Of a stretch of 64,000 nucleotides of DNA, positions 57,860 to 64,000 are shown piece after piece (the first letter of the stretch is position 1; the number at the start of each line of letters is the position of its first letter). Location: assembly GCF_009914755.1 (NCBI RefSeq), contig NC_060928.1. One strand, given 5' to 3'. The notes below the pieces were generated by a model that was given only the letters and a program-made list of their open reading frames with translations, had not been told where the DNA came from and searched no databases. Source of the DNA: the human T2T-CHM13v2.0 reference genome, Homo sapiens. Both the position numbers and the translations under genes were made by a program.

Positions 57860-60200
57860 AAATAACATACTGTCTTCTAGGAACTAATCTCATGATAGAA
57901 ATGCAAGTATATGAAAAGAAAGTTTATTTGTCATCAAAATCAAATAATCTAGACAACATAAAAACATACCTAGAACTATAATAAAAAAACTTACAGATTA
58001 CACTGGAGAAGTGTACCAAATTGTCTGAGAGTACAAGAGAAGGAGGAGGCTCTACATCTTCCTGGAGGAATGGGGTTACAGGTAGGGAGCAGAAAAGAAT
58101 AAAATATTTGAAAGGAAAGCCAGAAAGTAGTGTGGTTTTTTTTGGCGGGGAGCGGGAAACGGAGTCTCGCTCTTGTCACCCAGGCTGCAGGCTGGAGTGC
58201 AGTGGTGTGATCTCGGCTAGCTGCAACCTCTGCCTCCCGGGTTCAAGTGTTTCTCTGCCTCAGTCTCCCGAGTAGCTGGGATTACAGGTGTGCACCACCA
58301 CGCTCGGCTAATTTTTGTATTTTTAGTAGAGATGGGGTTTTACCTTGTTGGCCAGGCTGGTCTTGAACTCCTGACCTGAACTGATCCGCCTGCCTCGGCC
58401 TCCCAAAGTGCTCGGATTATGGGCATGAGCCACTGTGCCCGGCCGGGATAGTAGTATTCTGGCAGGAAGACTCGCAGTGCCGGGTGCTCAGATGAGGAGA
58501 TGAACGTGAATCCTGCCTAACACTGAAAGATGAAGTTGAGGTCAGGGGGCCCTGAGCCCATGAGTGTATCTAGAGCTTAAACTGTAAAAGGGGGATATGG
58601 TCAAAAAATATGATGGAAACTTAAGCAAGCCTGCAAGCGGTAATATGTCTGGACTTTGTTTTCAGAATAAATGAGGAGTCCCAGGGAAAATGTGGAAGGC
58701 AATATATGATTTGTTAAAAATAGCTCTTCTGCATTTATGGGAAGCATTAATTAGATTGAGGGAGTGGAGCCAATGAGAGGCTGGGGCAGCCGGGATCCTA
58801 AGCTGGTAGGTTACAGTGGAGTCATTTCCACACAAGGATTTGAGTCTAAATTTATAACCTCAGGTATAAAAAACCTATAGTCAATATTTCCCATGAAAAT
58901 TAGTTAGAAATATGAGATTTTAGAAGCCAAAATAACATTTCTCCAGAACTATAAAATTCAAGCTTCTGCTACTTAGGATTTTACCTTTGTTATTCACTAC
59001 TGCATTCCTAGGACCTATGATGGTGATGCCTGGCACACGCCTCATGCCTAGTAAATATTGGTTGAAGAATTAGTTAACAGTAGACAAGTTGTCTTCTTGT
59101 GTTGGTAGAGAAAGAAAATAAATCTGTTTGTTTATTTTTCTGCTTAGCAGTAGTTGCAGTAGCTAGCTTACTGTCAAGGTTCATACTGTATATAGAATAC
59201 ATTTTTTCATAGCTCAGGAAGATGTTCAATGACAAAATATTTACATAGTGGGAGACATTTGGGATCTAACACTGAAAACCAAAAAACAAAAAATCAAATC
59301 CTGGTATTATGCTCACTGAGAGAAGGGTATCAACCCACCGAGTGAAATGGAGAGATACATGTAATGTGTGACCCTTTCCTTTCTCTTTTCCTCCCTTTCA
59401 ATTTCTCCTTCTCTCTCCACATAATGAGTTTAATTTTAATACACAGTGTTCATCTTATGTGAATCCATTGTTTTGCAACTATTTTATACAAAGGATTTAT
59501 GATGACTTCAACATGGCTGTTCCAATAGAGGTACAGAAAATGGGACAATGATGAGGAATATTTTAGCGATTGAATAGATAAGACAGTGAAGCAATTGATT
59601 TGTATGAAAGATAAGAGAGGCGCTAGTCAGAGATGTTTGTGGCATGGGCAAATTGTTGGTCAAAGCTGCCATTCATGAGTATGGAAACATACGAAGAGGG
59701 GCACCTTTATTGCTGGAAAGAATTGTAATGATCTACTGATCTTAACGTAAATATGTTATTTTTAAATAAAACTTCTATGCAGATTGATTTTTTTAAACTC
59801 AAGAGGTCTGAACTGAAGAACAAAATGAGAAAGTCATTAGTGTATCTGGTGGTATTTGAATTCATCTATTTGGATAGGGTACATCAGGGATAATAATATA
59901 GCCTGAGAAGAGAACTCTAGAGACAGAGCTATGGGGAGCATCAAAGATAAAGGAGTAGTAAAAAAAAAAAAAAAAAATCCCAAACAAAAAGTAGCCCCAA
60001 ATCATGGGGACTTAAAGGAGAAACAAAATGAATAATTCCATAGGAGAAGAAAGCTTTTAAAAACAAAAGTTAGCCAAAAGTAGTATGAAGTGTGAAGAAA
60101 TGAAAAAAGAAAGGATCCAAAAAAATACTTGTTCTGGCCCTATGAGTTTCCTTGTAACCTTGGTTAGATCTTTTCAACTAAAGTCTTAAAGAAAAATTCT
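57860..60200 (-). mobile_element. Long degenerate L2, fragmented and interrupted by an Alu
   Basis: L2 antisense motifs such as gaaagtcattagtgtatctggtggtatttgaa..tggatagg and agagaagagaactctagagacagagc. Confidence 0.5.
58135..58444 (-). mobile_element. Alu (AluS)
   Basis: Antisense dimer ending gccactgtgcccggcc; 7-bp caggctg duplication. Confidence 0.95.
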
Positions 60201-60499
60201 GGCATTTTCCCTTCTGGTCAGAAGAAATCCTATAAATTTACTTTGCTGCAAGGACCTAGAATAGAGCTTTCCAAGCTGGTGTTAGAAATGAGCACCACAA
60301 ATCCTCAGCTATTGATCCTCCCCTTCTTGTTCTCGGGGACCCGAATAGATCCTGAGGTCCTGGACTACACCCTCTCCCTTTATTCTAGTGGGCCACCTTT
60401 GCATGTGTGTCATTCTGTGTGTGGAAAGAGCGAGAGACAATGTAGTCTGCATGATCTAGCTATCATGTGCCTCTATAATCACACTCTCTCTGATTTTTT

Positions 60500-60880
60500 C
60501 TGTTTCTCATTCTTGTGAGCCAGGCTGGCCTCCCTGCTAGTCCTAGAGAACAGAGAAGAAAAGTTATAGAACCATCTGATCTTCCTGATCTTCCCACCCT
60601 ACACACGTGACTTAGCCATTTCTTTTTAGTTCCTTATAAAATGCCACCTCCTTATGAAGTATTTTCTTACCTAGGATAGCATCCCCCATACTGTCTATTT
60701 TTTTTCTTCATAGTACTTACCACTACCTGACATAGTTTAAATCAGTGTGTTTGTTTATAACATATCTCCCTTTCCATGCAAAATGGAAGTTTCAGGAGAC
60801 TAATGTGTTTGTAGAGTTTACTATTGCATTCTAGCACTCAAAACAATGACTAAGATATAGTCAGTGCTACCTATTGGTTG
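60500..60880 (+). mobile_element. L2 3' fragment
   Basis: gctggcctccctgctagtcct; aaatgccacctccttatgaag; ttcttcatagtacttaccactacctgacat. Confidence 0.6.
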
Positions 60881-61189
60881 ACCAAACAAAAGAAATGAAG
60901 AGTATGGAATTCAGACAGCAATGCTTTATGAGCAAAAACCAAAACTAATTGCTTAGGGTTGAAAAAATTTAAAAAAGCAGACCATTCTATAATAGACTTG
61001 AACTGTAAAATTAATCCTTGTTTCAGCACATTTGTGTTATAACATCCATGCTGTATTTGTGATTGCATGTGTATGTATGTGTGTGTCACAGTCATTTCTC
61101 TCAAATTTGCAACAACTTACTTTATAATGGAAGAACAGATCTGTATAGTGATACTCAATTTTATCATTTAGATAAGTGCTTACCAAATA

Positions 61190-61345
61190 GAGATGATTAT
61201 CATAGTCACCTGACAAGATTTCAGACATGTTCCCAACTATAGTCCCAGTGATTCAGACTGAATACACCTGGGATTAATATCTGAGGATCTTCATTTAAAA
61301 CCTCCCTGGGTATATCACTAATCCTCTAGGTTTGAACATCATTGT
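61190..61345. mobile_element. MER5-like hAT fragment
   Basis: cccagtgattcagactgaata..ctggg...catttaaaacctccctggg..ggtttgaacatcattg. Confidence 0.45.
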
Positions 61346-61476
61346 TGTAATAATCACTATTTAAGGGTCTGACATATGGAGGAGATGGAGTCAGACATAG
61401 CTGGTGACTTTTCCAAAAAAAATTAAGAATTTGAAGGAAGGATAGGATTTGGGTAGCACTCAGAAATAGGGAGAAC

Positions 61477-61857
61477 TAAGGAGTCCTGATAAGGTAAGTT
61501 AGCAACAAGGAAGAGGGGGCTCCAAGGTGGAGGAGAACAATTGTTCTGAGAGATGGCTAACCACAAACAACTCACTGGCACAACATTTTGTTCCCAAATA
61601 CCTTGCTCCTCCACGTCGCCCCAGCAACACAACCCTATCTGCATACAGCCTCTCTAGCATGACCTATAAAACTTCCCTCCTGACCCTGCCTCTTGGCAGA
61701 TAGCACCCTCTCTGCTGTACTGCCTGTTGTACTTTTTCAATGTATTTTCCTAATTTCTCTCTAATATACTTACTTTCTTTAACTCACTACTGTTTTGGTA
61801 CATTCTTTTACAGCCCATGGCACTGACACCAGTCCCAGCCAGTCATAACCCATGACA
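61477..61857 (+). mobile_element. 5' LTR of an ERV1 provirus (MER83-like)
   Basis: ggagtcctgataaggtaag start, TATAAAA at 61665-61671, ends ..catgaCA just before the PBS; homologous to 63957-64000. Confidence 0.8.
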
Positions 61858-61860
61858 TCT

Positions 61861-61878
61861 TGGTGGCCCATACAGGGA
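61861..61878 (+). other. Primer binding site complementary to the tRNA-Ile(AAT) 3' end
   Basis: TGGTGGCCCATACAGGGA versus expected TGGTGGCCCGTACGGGGA; both mismatches are CpG>CpA. Confidence 0.8.
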
Positions 61879-62120
61879 CCTCTCCCCTACTCTCCCCTTT
61901 TCTCCTCTTTCCGGGGCACAGGATCCAAACCCAGAAACAACTGATTGTCCCTGCCTGAGCCTCCAAGCCCAGAGACAACAGATGGTCCCTGTCTGGGGCT
62001 ACTCCTTGATGGACCTGGAGGTCCTGGTAGAAAGATATCTGACCACTGTGGCCTGATTGGGTGAGAGTTTAAAACTTACTTTCCTTTCCACTCTTCTAGT
62101 GGATGATCTCCAATATCTTT

Positions 62121-62418
62121 TTTTTTTTTTGAGACGGAGTCTCGTTCTGTCTCCCAGGCTAGAGTGCAGTGGCGCAATCTCGGCTCACTGCGACCTGCGA
62201 CCTCTGCCTCCTGGGTTCACGCCATTCTCCTGCCTCAGTCTCCTGAGTAGCTGGGACTACAGGCACCTGACACCATGCCCGGCTAATTTTTTATATGTTT
62301 AGTAGAGACGGGGTTTCACTGTGTTAGCCAGGATGGTCTCGATCTCCTGACCTTGTAATCCACCCGCCTTGGCCTCCCAAAGTGCTGGGATTACAGGCGC
62401 GAGCCACTGCGCCTGGCA
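62121..62418 (-). mobile_element. Alu (AluY/Sc8-like) inserted in the ERV leader
   Basis: gggttcacgccattctc and gttagccaggatggtctcgatctc diagnostics; 15-bp TSD atctccaatatcttt at 62106-62120 and 62419-62433. Confidence 0.95.
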
Positions 62419-62996
62419 ATCTCCAATATCTTTCAGTCAACTAATGGTAATGGGCCAGGGCCATTCTTTGGTGTAGCCTAAAGGCCAGAGGGTGAACAGC
62501 TTTGGCTTCCTTCTCTGGAAAGGAGGAAGACTCTCTCCTATTCTTTCTTGTCAAAAGTCCCCCTTCCCTATGTGTGGCACAGTTGGCAGTGGTAGCTTGA
62601 CAAGCGCAAACCTACACACATTTGGGAAAACTCACATCCCCTCTTCTCACTCTAAATTCTCCCATAAAGACAGTCAGCCAACCTGTTTCGGATATTTTAA
62701 GCCAGGCAGTCTCAAACAGCACCAGGACCATAAGTCTTTGCTCAGTCTTTTCCCCTTGTACCTGAACTGGTCATCCTGAGTAATTCTTACCTGCACTGGT
62801 CTGGGGTTGCTCACCCATTGTTCGCTCATCATAAGGTCCTAGATCTGGGAGATCCTTTTCCATAGGTGGGATACCCCCTTGGAAAGTGCATCTCAGAGTC
62901 CCTCAGCGGACATAAGTGGAGCCCCCTTTCCTCAGTGGGATGCCCCAAGAGAAATCATGGTTAGAGTCCCCAGCAGACATTCTTTCCCACCACACC

Positions 62997-63571
62997 ATGG
63001 GACAAATCCCCTCCATTTTCTCAGACTTGGCTCTGGGTTGCATTTTAAAACACTGGGATAAATTTGACCCTCAGACTCTCAAAAAGAAACATCTAATTTT
63101 CTTGTGCAATACAGCACAGCCACTTTATAAACTTCTGCATCAGCAATCCTGGTCTCCAGGTAGGAACCACACCACCAACAATATTCTTTAGCTTAACTTC
63201 TTCTGTTGCAACTCTTCTGAATCGTCTGAAGTTTCTTATGTCCAGCCTTTCATGACTTTTTCTTGGGATCCTGATCTCCACCAAACCTGTCAAACGTGCT
63301 TGGCCAAGTTCTCTGGCCCCACTGACTCTTCTGCCATTTTAGACAACCCTTCTTTCATTCTCTCTCATTCTCCCCAACTGGCTGGGCCAGTTGAGGACAC
63401 ACCTTCTTCCCCTGACGAACCACCTTTACATTCAATTACACCTACTCTATCTGCTCCTTATCCCTCACTTTCCCACAACATCCCAACCCTGGATGTCATT
63501 TTCCAGGGTCTTGTCTGTATCAGAGGCCCTTCTCCCCTTCACATACTAGGTCAGGGGCCACCTATGATCCC
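62997..63571 (+). pseudogene. gag: ERV gag N-terminal (matrix plus proline-rich) remnant
   Basis: caccATGG start; MGQIPS..LGCILKHWDKFDPQTLKKKHLIFLCNTA..NIL*LNFFC..SEVSYVQPFM..DPDL..C in one frame with a single TAG at 63189-63191. Confidence 0.85.
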
Positions 63572-63573
63572 AT

Positions 63574-63730
63574 TTTGGCCTGTGCGTCTTCAACTTACTT
63601 GTCAAATTTGTCTCTTCTAGAATTCAGCAGTTTAACCTTCAAATGATGCTGTGAATAGGATATCAGTCTCTCCTCAATGATGTCCGCTACCTTTATGAAT
63701 TTCCCCTGGATTCAGCTGAACACCAGTTTC
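63574..63730 (+). pseudogene. env: ERV env TM cytoplasmic-tail remnant
   Basis: Translates FGLCVFNLLVKFVSSRIQQFNLQMML*IGYQSL, matching the gammaretroviral-type FGPCxxNxLxxFVSSR tail. Confidence 0.8.
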
Positions 63731-63956
63731 ACCTTGAAATCCCCCACCCACTCACCCTTGAGTCCCTTCCTCCAGCAAGATCCAATATCCTAAGTTCTAC
63801 AATTCAGGACAATGACCCACAGGGTCTCCTGACAGACCAACAACCACAGGTAGGGTCAACTCTATGCTCCAGGCCAGAAGGCAGCCACTGGAGATGAGAA
63901 CTTTGCCCCAGTGCCAAAAATTCATCATTTTTGTTCCGTTGTTGGTTGAGGAGAAA

Positions 63957-64000
63957 TGTGGAGTCTTGATAAGACAAGGTAGTGAGAATGAGGAGGGGGC
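63957..64000 (+). mobile_element. Start of the 3' LTR (cut by the window edge)
   Basis: tgtggagtcttgataagacaaggtag..gagggggc aligns without gaps to 61477-61520 (33/44 identical by eye). Confidence 0.8.

Larger units (their letters stand above)
61858..63956 (+). mobile_element. Compact ERV1 internal region (leader, partial gag, env tail; no pol)
   Basis: PBS, gag MA homology, env cytoplasmic-tail homology and purine run gaggagaaa before the 3' LTR. Confidence 0.85.

Overview
AT-rich primate (most likely human) genomic DNA of intergenic or deep-intronic type. I see no recognisable host protein-coding exon, RNA gene or CpG island. Most of what can be identified is interspersed repeat: a 4.6-kb 5'-truncated L1PA on the minus strand with TSD, old L1M/L2/L3/MIR fragments, about 16 Alu/FLAM/FRAM copies, MaLR and ERVL solo LTRs (MLT1, THE1, MLT2), MER21, a MER47 DNA transposon and, at the right edge, a compact ERV1-class provirus (MER83-like LTRs, tRNA-Ile PBS, gag N-terminus joined directly to the env tail). 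The ORFs I could assign are L1, Alu or LTR read-through; the rest look like chance ORFs. I found no evidence for a new multi-gene system. The most notable items are structural: an L1-type retrocopy of a polyadenylated LTR 3' end, a fold-back plus tandem duplication inside a THE1 LTR, two short non-tandem duplications each offset by about 1.1 kb, a perfect AT-rich palindrome and weak candidate exons. Repeat family names come from recalled consensus sequences, not from a database search.
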